A stretch of DNA of 64,000 nucleotides from Malacoraja senta (GCA_038087875.1 CM075996.1:4342001-4406000); one strand, 5' to 3'; positions 11,431 through 23,093 are shown, numbered from the stretch's first letter. Translations and numbers: made by a program. Notes: generated from the sequence alone by a model not told the origin.

Positions 11431-14407
11431 TTAAATCTATCATGTTATTGTAGCTACCCATCCTAAACCTATCAACCTACGCAAGGTCCATTGTCCTCTT
11501 CAACTGCACATCCAAATACTTTTTTCAAGCCATGATGATATAACCCATGAATACCCAGAAAAGGTTCAGAATCCAATAGCAAAATGCTGCTGATACCGTA
11601 AATATGAAACAAAGCAGAAAATGTTGGCAACTCTACACACGTCACACAGCATCTGGTGAAAGGTCATCAATGGATGCTGTCCGATCTGCTGGGCATAACC
11701 AGTAATTTCTGGGGAAGGGAGTCTGAAGAAACATTGTCTGTCCATTCTTTCCACAGATGTCGCTGAGTTCCTCTAGCATTCTGGGCGTTGACCGGTATTT
11801 TCTGTTTTATTATTGATGTAAGATAATCCTTCATTTCTATAAGCAACGATACCAGTGATGTAAGCAGTTAGATGATAGACACAAAATGCTGGAGTAAATC
11901 AGTGGAACAGGGGAGAAGGAAGGGGCCACGTTCTGAAGAAGGGTCTCGACCTGAAACGTCACCCAGTCCTCCTCTCCAGAGACGCTGCCTGTCCCGCTGT
12001 GTTACTCTCGCATGTTGTGTCTATTTTCGGTGTAAACCAGCAACTGAAGTTCCTTCCTACACAGTTCGAAGTATTGTCGATTAGTTAGCAAGGGGATGTG
12101 AGAAATAAACCGAGAAAGAAAATTAACCTTTATTATTAATGTTTATGTGTCATTCCTAACTGTCACTGTATGTCATGTTCTCACTTGCGAGTGGAGCACC
12201 AAGGCAAATTCCTTGTATGTGAATACTTGGCCAATAAACGTATTCATTCATTCATACATACATCAAGTGCCAGAGGAAGCCACATTTTTTTTTAAAGCAT
12301 AAAGATAACTTTTGCATTAGTGTCCACAATAGAGAAGTCTTTGGCCAAACTTTATGTGCATGTGACGGAAAATACTGGCAAAACGCAGTGAGCCTGGCAG
12401 CATTATGGAAAGATAAACAGTTTAACATTTCAAGTTTGGGAATGTTCATCAAACCTGCTTAGTTTTCCTGGCATTTTCTGTATCTATTACAGATCTTAAA
12501 AAAAAAAAATTAACTTCAGATTTAAAAAAATTGTTTGTGTAAATTGTGAAGTTGCCAATGCTTTTCATAGTTAAAAAGCAAAACAAAATCAATAACAATA
12601 TCTAGGATAATAAAAGATGCTTGGGCAGGATAGCTGGCAAAAAACATGCACTAATATAAACTAACCACAGCATGTGCTGGCATCTACCAGAAGAACCAAA
12701 AATCTAAGTGCAAAATAGGAAAAAAAAAAATGTTTGGCTGAGAGAGATAAGAAAAATAAGCTTAAATGTTAATGACGTGCAGTAGACTAATTGTACACCA
12801 AATGCTTCCTAATGCATCTGGTAGTTATTAACAGGGAGAACATTTCACAAGAATCAAAATGTCACAGCACACTAGTCCCACAATATCAAAACGTTCAACA
12901 CTCAGTAAAACCACAAACTATATCGGCAAGGGTACAAGAATTTTAACCTCGACTGATGGCAAAAAATTAAACCTGATTTGTCCTGACATGTAAGTTAATT
13001 CAATGGGGAAAAATAATTCCACAGCCTGTTCAACTTCTACCACCTGAATTTCAAGAAAGTTTTTGCACAAGAAAATATCTTGACCACAAATCATTTTAGG
13101 AATATTAATGAAAGTCAGAGGCTATTCACCCCTTCACTATTTTGCCGTTTAATTAGATCCGGGCTGATCTGTCCAGCAACTTTATTTTTCCAAATCATAA
13201 CACAGAAATCAGGGCTGACACTCCAGTACAGTGCGAAGCGGCCCGACCCTAAACGTCGCCTATCCACTTTTTCCAGAGATGCTGCCTGACTCGCTGAGTT
13301 ACTCCAGCACCTAGTATCATTTAAGCAAGCGTTTTGTTTTCTTAGATGTAGCATTAAACTAAGATCAGTTTTGCTGTCTCAAGCAAATATAAAATAATTA
13401 TTTGTACTATTCATAAAAAACCAGGATATCCCCTGCATCCTTGCCAGTATTTATCCTCCAGATAACTCCTGTAAACAGGTCATTATAACATTGCCACTAG
13501 TGGGCCACAACTACGCATTAACTGACTGCCAACAAATCCTACAACAGGATCTGCCTCAAAAGAGCTCTAGGATGTGAAAAGTATTATATGAAAAGCAAAG
13601 TTTTTTTTTTGATAACCAGTTATCAGGATCTACCTCCTGACAAAGCCACGCTGATGATTCAGACATTTAATTCAATGATCTACGATGACCCTCCTTGTTA
13701 TTTCAGAGGGAAGCATTAATTCAGCTGTCAACCAAGACAGAGACAAAGCAATGAGGCAGCTCTACAGAATAACAATGCCGGCAGCAGTGGAATTCTCCAG
13801 CAATTTCTCAGTGAGAGAAAGCATTGTTCAAAGCAGCAACTTATTAACTCATTTCCCGCTATCTCCTATTGACCGCTGTCTGATCCAGATCTCAAAGCTC
13901 CACGTTTTGATTACAGTGAAATATTAAACACAAAGGCCAAAATGGTCACCGTTCAATGAGGAAAAATAGTCAACTGCAATTTGTGTTAAGAAGATGGGAA
14001 ACAGGCTGAAGCCCCTTTCTGGAAGGACAAGGAGTCGGTTTGGATGAATAAGGTTTGGAGTTGGTAGGGATGGCTTGGGGTATTTGGAGAATCGGTGGTA
14101 AGGAGAAGATTTGTCATCATTCAGGATAACAAGGGCCCATGGTAGGAGATGAGAGTTTAACTGGGACAGTGGAATAATCCACGGGATGGCAATGGTACAG
14201 AAATCCTTGGAGGAAAGAAGATTAGAGGGCATAGTGGAAGTAGCCGATTCTCCTGAGGGGGATGGGATAAGGTTACAGAAGGGATGTGGGTGAAAGTCAG
14301 GGGGGGGTTTCAAGGGGTTGTTGACATGATGATGAAAGTGACGTATAGGATGTTGATGAATGGGGTAGAGAGGTGGCGATGTAGTGGGGTTCATGGGGAG
14401 AGGAGGA

Positions 14408-14690
14408 CAATAGACAATAGGTGCAGGAGTAGGCCATTCGGCCCTTCGAGCCAGCACCGCCATTCAATGTGATAATGGCTGATCATCCCCAATCAGTACC
14501 ACGTTCCTGCCTTTTCCCCATATCCACTAACTGCTATTTTTAAGAGCCCTATCCAGCATTCTCTTGAAAGCATCCAGAGAACCTGCCTCCACCGCCCTCT
14601 GAGGCAAAGAATTCCACACACTCACAACTCTCTGTGAGAAAAGGTGTTTCCTCGTCTCCGTTCTAAATGGTTTACCCCTTATTCTTAAAG
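14408..14690 (-). mobile_element. CR1 LINE 3' fragment
   Basis: Near-identical to 10355-10640. Confidence 0.8.
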
Positions 14691-15799
14691 GGGAAATGGG
14701 GCAAATAAGGTGAAAGGAGAAAGTGACACGCCAGGGCCAATGGATGGGTCAACTCACAGAGTTCAGATTTATCATAGGTTCAGGTTTATCATTGTCAAAA
14801 AATTCTGTCAACATGTTGGACGACGACAGAAGCCAACAGCGAGTTACATCGTCAGACACACGAACGAACGAACAAGTAGCAAGGTACAGTGAACAGTTTT
14901 GTTTCGCATACAATTCAACCAGATCAGATCTACCGTACATAGATACAATCATGTTCATAAGTTCTCGGAGCTGATTTAAGCCATTCGGCCCGTACTCCGC
15001 CATTCAATCATGGGTGATCTATCTTCCCCTCTCAACCCCATTCGCCTGCCTTCTCCCCATAACCCCTGACACCCTTAGTAATCAAGAATCTGTCAATCTC
15101 CACCTTAAAAATATTAATTGGCTTGGCCTCCACAGCCATCTGTTCAGTTCAAACTCAAGTACACCAGATGGAGCAAAGCGGAAGATACAGAATACAGTTC
15201 TCAGCATTATAGCGCATCAGTTCCTTGGACAAAGTCCAATGTGTGCAATGGAGTAGAGGTGAGCCAAACAGTATCCTAGTTTATGGAAGGGCCCTTCAGA
15301 AGCCTGATTCCGGAGGGGAAGAAGCTGTTTCTGAGTCTGCTGGTGCGCACTTTCAAGTGGCGACAGGATCTGAATAGCATGGGGATAACTCATTGGGGTC
15401 AATGGCGAGGGGGGTTGAAGAGTATGATTCAGTGCATCAACGGGGCTTTCAACCCAGCATGATCAATGGGGACGATGGAGGAAGGGTAGTGAAAATGACA
15501 ACGGTGTATGCTCCATCGGTCAATGTAGATCCAATTCCGGCAAGTCAATGGTGATCATGAGTTCAGTTTAGTTTATTGTCACGTGTACTGAGGTACAGTG
15601 AAAAGCTTTCGTAGTGTGCTAACCAGTCAGCAGAAAGACAATACATGCTTACATAAGGAGGTGGAGTGAAGGGAGTCATCCAGCACTGCCAATGGGAAAC
15701 ACATCTTGGCAGGGTCAACAAAGGGGTGATGTTGGGTTCAATGGGTGGCGTGATATGGGAATGATAGCAGGATCAGGGAGGTGGGGGGGGCATAATGCA

Positions 15800-16520
15800 G
15801 CAGTGTGATGAGGTGGCTGCAGCGCAGTGAGTTCAATGGGGCACTCATCTCAGCAAGACAGGGACGGAGTGATAGCCAGGATCAATGGGTAGTGTAACTC
15901 CAGCGAGGTTTAAAGCGGTGAAGGCTGATTCAAAGGGGAGGGGGAGAGAGCATGACAAGGTAAAAGTTCAGAGTGAGCAATGGGGAGCACATCTCAGTTG
16001 GACTTGGTGAGAGTCGATGGGTAGCGTGGCTCCAACTGAGTTAAGTTCAGTTTAGATTATTGTCATGTGTACCATGGTACAGTAAAAAACTTTTGTTGCG
16101 TGCTAACCAGAGTTAAAGAGAATGGTGGCTAGATCCGGGGGGGGGGGGCAAGTTCATGGGATCATCGGGGGGCACATCTCAGCTGGACTGGGAGAGAGGA
16201 GCAATGATGGAGGGACAGTGCGTAGAGTGGCTCTCGCCGAGTTAAATGGAATGATAGACACAAAATGTTGGAGTAACTCAGCGGGACAGACAGCATCTCT
16301 TGAGAGAAGGAATGGGCTGGATCAAAGGGGAGGGGGCAAGTTCAAGGGAACAATCGGGTACACATCTCAGCTGGACTAGGAGAGTGGAGCAACGGTGGAG
16401 GTTCAATGGGTAGCGTGGCTGTAACTGAGTTAAAGGGGATGATGGCTGGATCAAAGGGAGGACTGTTCATGGGATCTATGGGGTGCATATCTCAGCTGGA
16501 TCTGGAGGAGGGGTCACACT
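15800..16520. repeat. Degenerate tandem repeat (unit ~130-190 bp) in UBN2 intron 1
   Basis: Recurring CACATCTCAGCTGGACT...GGGTAGCGTGGCT...GAGTTAAAG...GGCTGGATCAAAGGGGAGG units near 15845, 15988, 16173, 16361 and 16487. Confidence 0.65.
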
Positions 16521-16710
16521 GTCGGGCCAGGCTGGGGTGACAGCAAAGGCTCCTCTAGTATCTTTGGTCGACAATGCCATCAATGGAGGCCTGGGAGATG
16601 AATCAATGACAGTCTGGTGACTGGAGCAGCAATTGTCCCCACGCAGCCGGGCAGGGGGGAGGGGGGGGGGGGAGAGATGCACGGAGCTGCCCCGCGGAGC
16701 TCACTCCTAC

Positions 16711-16929
16711 CTTGACCTCCCGCAGCAGCTCGTTGTAGTTGTACTCGGTGTGGCTGCGGTCACTGGGCTCGCTCAGCTTCAGGCCGAAGCGCACGTTGCC
16801 CTGGTCGCCCCGCTCCTCTCGCCGCTTCTTCTTGGGGGCGGCGGCGGCGGCGGCGGCGGCGGGAGGCGCGGGCAGGGCGTCGGGAGGAGCGCTCACGGTG
16901 TTGAAGGCCACCCTCCGGGGTTCTGCCAT
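16711..16929 (-). CDS. UBN2: Ubinuclein-2 coding exon 1
   Basis: ATG at 16929 (gacATGG) in a CpG island; MAEPRRVAFNTVS...VRFGLKLSEPSDRSHTEYNYNELLREVK then donor GTAGGA. Human UBN2 begins MAEPRRVAF (recalled). 219 nt, phase 0. Confidence 0.93.
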
Positions 16930-17175
16930 GTCGGGGCGGGCCGTGGCCGGGGCTGTGGCCGAGGCCGGGGGCCGGGGGCCGGGGGCCGGCGCCAGGCCGC
17001 TGAGCCGCTGCAAGCGCGATCCAACCCCCCCCTCCCCTCACAGAGCCCACACCAGCGCCGCCATCTTGCGCGTCCCGACGTCACGGCAATGCGTGCTCTA
17101 CGTCACGCCTCTACGCGCTCACGTCACGGCGGTCTAACAGTGCGTCACGGCAACCCTGCCTTTGATGATGTCATA
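16930..17175 (-). promoter_or_regulatory. UBN2 CpG-island promoter / 5' UTR with YY1 motif and clustered CRE half-sites
   Basis: GCCGCCATCTTG (YY1 consensus) at 17057-17068; CGTCAC at 17079, 17101, 17122 and 17143; high CpG density. Confidence 0.7.
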
Positions 17176-17245
17176 GTAAGTAAGTAAATTGTATTTCTAT
17201 GGCACGTTTAAATCAACTCGCGTTGAAACCAAAGTGCTTTACATA

Positions 17246-17295
17246 AAAGAAATAATAAAAGAAATAATAAAAGAAATAATAAAAGAAATAATAAA
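17246..17295. repeat. Tandem repeat (AAAGAAATAATA) x ~4
   Basis: Seen directly in the sequence. Confidence 0.9.
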
Positions 17296-17664
17296 GTTTC
17301 CATACATCCATAGAATTTTTTTTTTTAAATCTGAAAAATGACCTAACACATTATAGAATTCAACTATAAATCACACAATAGAATTTAGCTGAAAGACTTT
17401 GCCCAAGAATTTTGTGTTTAAGAAGGAACTGCAGATGCTGGAAAATCGAAGGTAGACACAAGTGCTGGAGAAACCCAGCGGGTGCAGCAGCATCTAAGGA
17501 GCGAAGGAAATGGGCAACGTTTCGGGCCGAAACCCTTCTATTTTGCTTGGTAAATAGTTTTCTTGGTAACTGGCTTACATGTGATGATGAGACAGGGTAT
17601 AGAAATGAGTTTCATCAACTGACCAAATGGTGCCAGCACAGCAACCTGACTCTCAATGTCAGTA

Positions 17665-17905
17665 ATTTTAGTTTAGAGATACAGTGCGGAAACAGGCATT
17701 TGGCCCACCGAGTCCGCACCGACCAGCGATCCCCGCACATTAACACGGCACTAGGGACAATTTACTTACACCAAGCCAATTAACCTACAGACCTGTACGT
17801 CTTTGGAATGTGGGAGAAAACCGAAGATCTCGGAGTAAACCCACGCGGTCGCGGGGAGAATGTACAATCTCCGTACAGACAGCACCCGTAGTTGGGGTCG
17901 AACCC
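17665..17905 (-). mobile_element. V-SINE (HE1-like), 5'-truncated
   Basis: Matches the body and (CTAAA)n tail of 23094-23400. Confidence 0.75.
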
Positions 17906-18837
17906 AAGGAACGGAAGACCAAGGAACTGATTGCGAATTTTGGAAGAGGACCCATTCGCGGGAGCTTCGATCGCCCCAATTGCGGAAGTTTTGATTGCCC
18001 CGACCGTGGGAGAAAAGGAGGGACAAGTTATTTGCCTTCCATCACAGTGGGGAATGTGAGGTCGCCGAAAAAACAAGATGGATGTGCTGCCTGCACTGGT
18101 GAGGACTCGGAGGGAGTGCCATGAGTGCAGTGATCTCGGTGTTTTGCGGGGACATGGCTCCTTGAGGATATCCCAGAGTCTAGTGCGAGTGTGGACGGCT
18201 TTCTGACTGTTTGGGCGGGCAAGGACTGCAGAGAGAGTGACAGCAGTAGGTACAACTCTGGTCACATCATGGTGAAGGAGCGTGTTTGTGGCCCGGACAT
18301 TGAACTGATGGCTGGGTGCCCTGGGGATTCTCACACGCCGTTGTGGTGGCTGTTTAAGTCTATGTTTAATTTTTATGTGGTTATGTATCTTCTAGCTTTT
18401 TTGTATGACTGTTGGCAAATCAAATTCTTGTATGCTTACATACTTGGCTAATAAATTAATCACAATTACAATTAAATTAATTACAATATGAGGAGAAAGC
18501 AGGAACGGGGTACTGATTTTGAATAATCAGCCATGATCATATTGAATGGCGATGCTGGCTCGAAGGGCCAAAAGGCCTATTCCTGCACCTATTTTCCATG
18601 AACAACCATTCTGAAACAAACATCCCTCTTCATCTCTGGTAGTTAAAAGCATTTGCAGCCTTGCACTTCCTCCATAGCTGTAACCCCTATACTCTGCATT
18701 CTGTTTCTTTTTCTCGCTTGATATACTTATGTATATGGTGTGTTACCTGGATAGCACACAAAACAAAGTCTTTCACCATATTGTGGTTTGGGGGGAAATA
18801 ATAAACCAATACCAAAACGAGTGTCAGAAACTAATAT

Positions 18838-18843
18838 TTTATT
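18838..18843 (-). terminator. Candidate polyadenylation signal of TTC26
   Basis: AATAAA on the minus strand ~1.2 kb after the stop codon, followed by GT/T-rich sequence. Confidence 0.5.
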
Positions 18844-20056
18844 TACATAAAATAAGTTATAAATTTTTGTTCAAAGGTATTAATTATACAAGAGGAATGT
18901 AAATACACGAAGAAAGGCATTCGGAAAACTGTAGTGTCGTTAATATCAATATTGTTTTAAACAGAATTTTGTGGGATAGTGTTCTCTTCGAAGTGTGGAT
19001 TAGTATGGTCCTTCAGGCATGGGACACACCCTGGTGCCTCACAAATAACCAGTCTTTGCCTGCATGTCTTGACGGTGTCTGCAAGCTACTCCACACAGAA
19101 CACACCTTACAACACAGCGCACCAGGGAAAGCAAGTACAAGCACACACCCATAGCTAGTCATGCGGCACTGTACATTATTTTCCAGCTCTGAGCATCTCC
19201 CTGTTCCCAACCGCATAGTTGGCGATCGTCTCAATGAAAATGATTGAGCACTCCATGTGGGTTGCCTGATGCCTTTCAGATCCATTTCTGCCGATTCATG
19301 GATTTGCCTTGCTTATTCTATCCATTTAGTGGGTGGAAAACCATGGAGGTGGTGGGTGGGGGAGCAGCTTAAAGCTGTAACTGGCGTCCGTAGTCATTTT
19401 GTTGCTGGTGCTAGATTCCTGCGGCCACCTTTGTTTTAAATGATAATCTTGCTCATCCTGCCACACTGGCTGACACACAGCCCAATCACACACACACTCA
19501 CATGCAGTGAAATCAGTGAGCAGAAGGCAGATGCCTGTGGCTCCGAATGAAACTTTCCTGTTCATGCTTTAATGGGTGAATGGGGGAAGGGAGTGGCGTT
19601 GACAACGCTGCAAAGGATATGAAGGAGGTTTTGTAATTTATGAACCCACTTGAGAACCATGCAGCCCACAAGTGCTGACCTGCAACCTTTCTCTGTTCAC
19701 ATTAATGGACGTGGAGAATAATATCGGCGGCTGTGCGATTGAGTAGCACAGGTGCTGAAATATTTGATCCATTCTCCATCCGCAAAGTGAGGATGAGAAA
19801 AAAAGGTGGAATTAAAAACTGTATCGAAAGCAATTTAAATGTAAATTACTTTTAGCCATTGTGAAAGAAGCAAGTGTTTTCCCCGCAGAGGGCCACGTTG
19901 CAATATTTCACTTTGTGCGAACTCTTTGTTCTTTGGGGCCCTGTAATGACAGCCCACGGGTTCCTGGGAAAAATCAGAAACAAACCATTTAAAGCTACAG
20001 CTCCACCCAGAGTGTCAGCCTAATTAATTCATTCATTGCCCTTTCTCTCACCACAT

Positions 20057-20168
20057 TTAGATAGCCACTCGGTTGTCTTTGGCCCATTTCTTTAGGGTGC
20101 GGATTATGTATTCCACCTGAGGATTCCCAGTATTTCGAAGGAGATGGAGAACTTCCCGCATGGTCTCC
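20057..20168 (-). CDS. TTC26: TTC26/IFT56 exon 18 (last coding exon)
   Basis: ctag acceptor; ETMREVLHLLRNTGNPQVEYIIRTLKKWAKDNRVAI* matches the recalled human C-terminus. Confidence 0.96.
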
Positions 20169-20289
20169 CTAGGAGAGATGCACAATAAGTCGGTCAGTGG
20201 TTTATATTTCAGCAGCGCGTAGCTTTTATTCTGCCTCTTCCCTGGTAACCTGGTGGCCTCTGGGTTGATGGGAACCTGCTGCAGAACGA

Positions 20290-21212
20290 CCGTAGATAGA
20301 CACACAAAGCTGGAGTAACTCAGTGGGTCAGGCAGCATCTCTGGAGAAAAAGGAACAGGTAATGTTTCTGGTCCAGGCCGTTCTTCAGACTGAGAGTCAG
20401 AGAAAAGAGAAATGAGGGATATAGGCAGTGATATAAAGAGATATCGAGCAAATGAATGAAAAATGTGCAAAAAAATAACGATGACCAATGAAACGATCCA
20501 TTGTTAGCTGTGGGCCAGGTGATAATAGAAACATAGAAAATAGGTGCAGGAGTAGGCCATTCGGCCCTTCAGGCCTGCACCGCCATTCAATATGATCATG
20601 GCTGATCATCCAACTCAGTATCCTGTACCTGCCTTCTCTCCATACCCCCTGATCCCTTTAGCCACAAGGGCCACATCTAACTCCATCTTAAATATAGCCA
20701 ATGAACTGGCCTCAACTACTTTCTGTGGCAGTTGGGTTCTAATGAGTTATACAGACTATGAAACTCACCAGGACGACCGTGCAGCTAGTACAATAACCAG
20801 GGATAGAGAGAGAGGGGATGCAAGGGTTACTTGAAGTTAGAGAAATCGATATTCTTACTGCTGGGTGGTAAGTTGCCCACGCGAAACATGAGGTGCTGTT
20901 CCTCCACTTTGCATTTGGCCTCACTCTGACAAGGGAGGAGGTCCAGGAATGAAAGGTCAGTGTGGGAATGGGAGGGGGAGTTAAAGTGTTTGGCAACCGG
21001 AAGATCACGTCGGCCAAGGCGGACAGAGCGAAGGTGACTGTAGTTCTGCGGTGACTGTCGGCGCTTCCGGTCGAAACTGGGTCTGAGGAAGAGGCTCGAC
21101 CGGTAGCGTCACCTATTCCTTTTCTCCACAGATGCTGACCGAACCGCTGTGTTACTTCAGTATTTTGTGTCTCGTTTCGGTGTAAACCAGCAACTCCAGT
21201 TCCTGCCAACAC
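20290..21212 (-). mobile_element. Penelope-like element 3' end with inverted terminal repeat, interrupted by a CR1 fragment (~20526-20735)
   Basis: Minus strand ~20830-21010 encodes the PLE endonuclease C-terminus (..CQSEAKCKVEEQHLMFRVGNLPPSSKNIDFSNFK*); terminal repeat at 20290-20395 (-) and an inverted copy at ~21080-21212 (+). Confidence 0.75.
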
Positions 21213-22551
21213 AAGTGTCTGTACCAGGTCTTTGAACGGGATTTTGAATCCATTCCACTCACCCTGTTATTTCTGTTTAGTCCTACAGCTTCTCCTTTTA
21301 AGTAAAAAGTTTGAGTATTTTAATTCTGCTTCAACCCTCTGCCCCAATCATGTGGTAAATTACATCATCACCCTTACCTGTATTAACCCCCCCCCCCCCA
21401 ATCATCTCTCTTCTAATTCTTCTATCAGTTATTTATAAATTTGGCTCATCTGATCATTCCGCGACTCCTGTAAATGTTTCTTCCTACACAGACTGGGCAG
21501 TTTTGCTTTCCCACCCCTGAAAGAAAAAAAAAAGGTCAAGGGTGGGTTTAAGGGGAACAAAACCAGTTTCTCAAGGCTTGCCAAGTAACTGATCTCTGTC
21601 ATCTATTGAAGCTGACCCTGATATTACCCTGGTCAAAATAGTCCTGGCACTCACTGAATCCATTCACTGAACTGTCAGCGAAACAACAATAGACCCAACG
21701 TTCTTTAGCCCTTGCCTTTTGTTGGTGCTCCCTCCACAAGATGTCACCACTGGAGGTGAAAGTTCCCAGACCCCTGCTGACCTTCGAGAAGCTGCAAGAA
21801 AGCAGCTGGCTGTGGCTTTGTCACAAAACCCTTGCCTCCATTACTTCACTTTGAGAGGGTGGAAAGCACAGTGAGGTGGGCTTGACCTTCTCGGTAGCCC
21901 ACAAGGAGCAGGGCTGCAGCAGATCACCCACTGTGGGGAGAGAGAATCCCAAGCATGAACCCACGGCCACTCAGAACACCACAATGCAAACCATACTCCC
22001 CAACTCCTGAAAGGCAGGGTCATGGTTTACTTGCTGTTCTGGACACCCCAATGCAGGAAAGATGTGGAGACTTTGTGAGAAGGTGCAGAGGAGGTGTACC
22101 AGATTGCTGCCTGGATTAGAGCATTTCAGCTGCAGGGCGAGGTTGGATAGACTTGGATTGTTTTCTCTAGAACATCAGAAGGAGAAGGAAGACGATAGAA
22201 GTATATAAAATTATGAGGGGCATAGATAGGGAACAGTCAGAACCTTTCCCCCCAGGGTGGAAATGGGATTGCCGTAACGGGCTGAGTGGCCTTCTTCTAT
22301 GTCAGAACATACGAAGAGCCACGACCAGCCAGCTACGGATCAAAAGCCAGGAATGGGAAGTCCACCTTTGGCCAACATGGAACATGATGCACTGTGAGGC
22401 TTCCTTCTGCTGTAAATTTCTATAATTCTATCTTTGGATAAAACATGGGCTAATATAAAATCATAAACATTTGTAATAGATGAATGGCATCTTATATAGA
22501 TCTTATATTAGATTTTAATATTTAACATGAGCTATTTATACTGATACGTAC

Positions 22552-22685
22552 TTTGGTTCACGGCCTGCAAGGATCATTTGGAAGATACCAACGCAAGCTC
22601 CACGCTTTCCCTCCCAATATTCCGGATTTGGATCCAGGCGCTCAAGAACATCAAAAGCTTTCGCAGCATAGTAGAACTGTCCCAT
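22552..22685 (-). CDS. TTC26: TTC26/IFT56 exon 17
   Basis: 134 nt, [53 protein letters not shown]. Confidence 0.96.
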
Positions 22686-22941
22686 CTGGAAAACAAGCAT
22701 CACAGGGAGAATGTACAAACTCCACACAGAATCCGCTGTGGTGGATACTTATGTTAACTCTTATGTATTTGTGTGTCTTGCTGCTTTTTTTTAATGGCTG
22801 TATGGTAATTCGCATAATACTGTACCTTAATTGGTACGTGACAATAAAAAAACCTTTGATAGGCACAAAAAGCTGGAGTAACTCAGCGGGTCAGACAACA
22901 TCTCTGGAGAAAAGGAATAGGTGACGTTTCAGGTCAAGACC

Positions 22942-22995
22942 GGGGTGGGAGATTGCAACCTTCACGTGGTCCGCCCTGTTTCGACGAATGCAATC
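22942..22995 (+). ncRNA. Predicted minimal HDV/CPEB3-like self-cleaving ribozyme
   Basis: P1 GGGGUGG/CCGCCCU with G1-U wobble, P2 GAUUGCA/UGCAAUC, P3 ACC/GGU, L3 UUCACGU, minimal P4 U-UUCG-A, J4/2 CGAA with the catalytic C at 22985. Folded by eye; activity not tested. Confidence 0.85.
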
Positions 22996-23080
22996 AACCC
23001 GGCGTGCACAATCAAATAAGATCAAATAGAACAAGTTGTCGTACAACTTTAGGCTGTGCACGCCATACGCAAGAAGAAGA
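22942..23080 (+). mobile_element. Short retroposon headed by an HDV-like ribozyme, copy 1
   Basis: 11-bp TSD AGGTCAAGACC at 22931-22941 and 23081-23091; (AAG)n tail; second copy at 55531-55673. Confidence 0.88.
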
Positions 23081-23093
23081 AGGTCAAGACCCT

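Noticed and set aside
16633..17187. Long plus-strand ORFs antisense to UBN2 exon 1
   Set aside because: Expected by-product of a GC-rich exon and CpG island.
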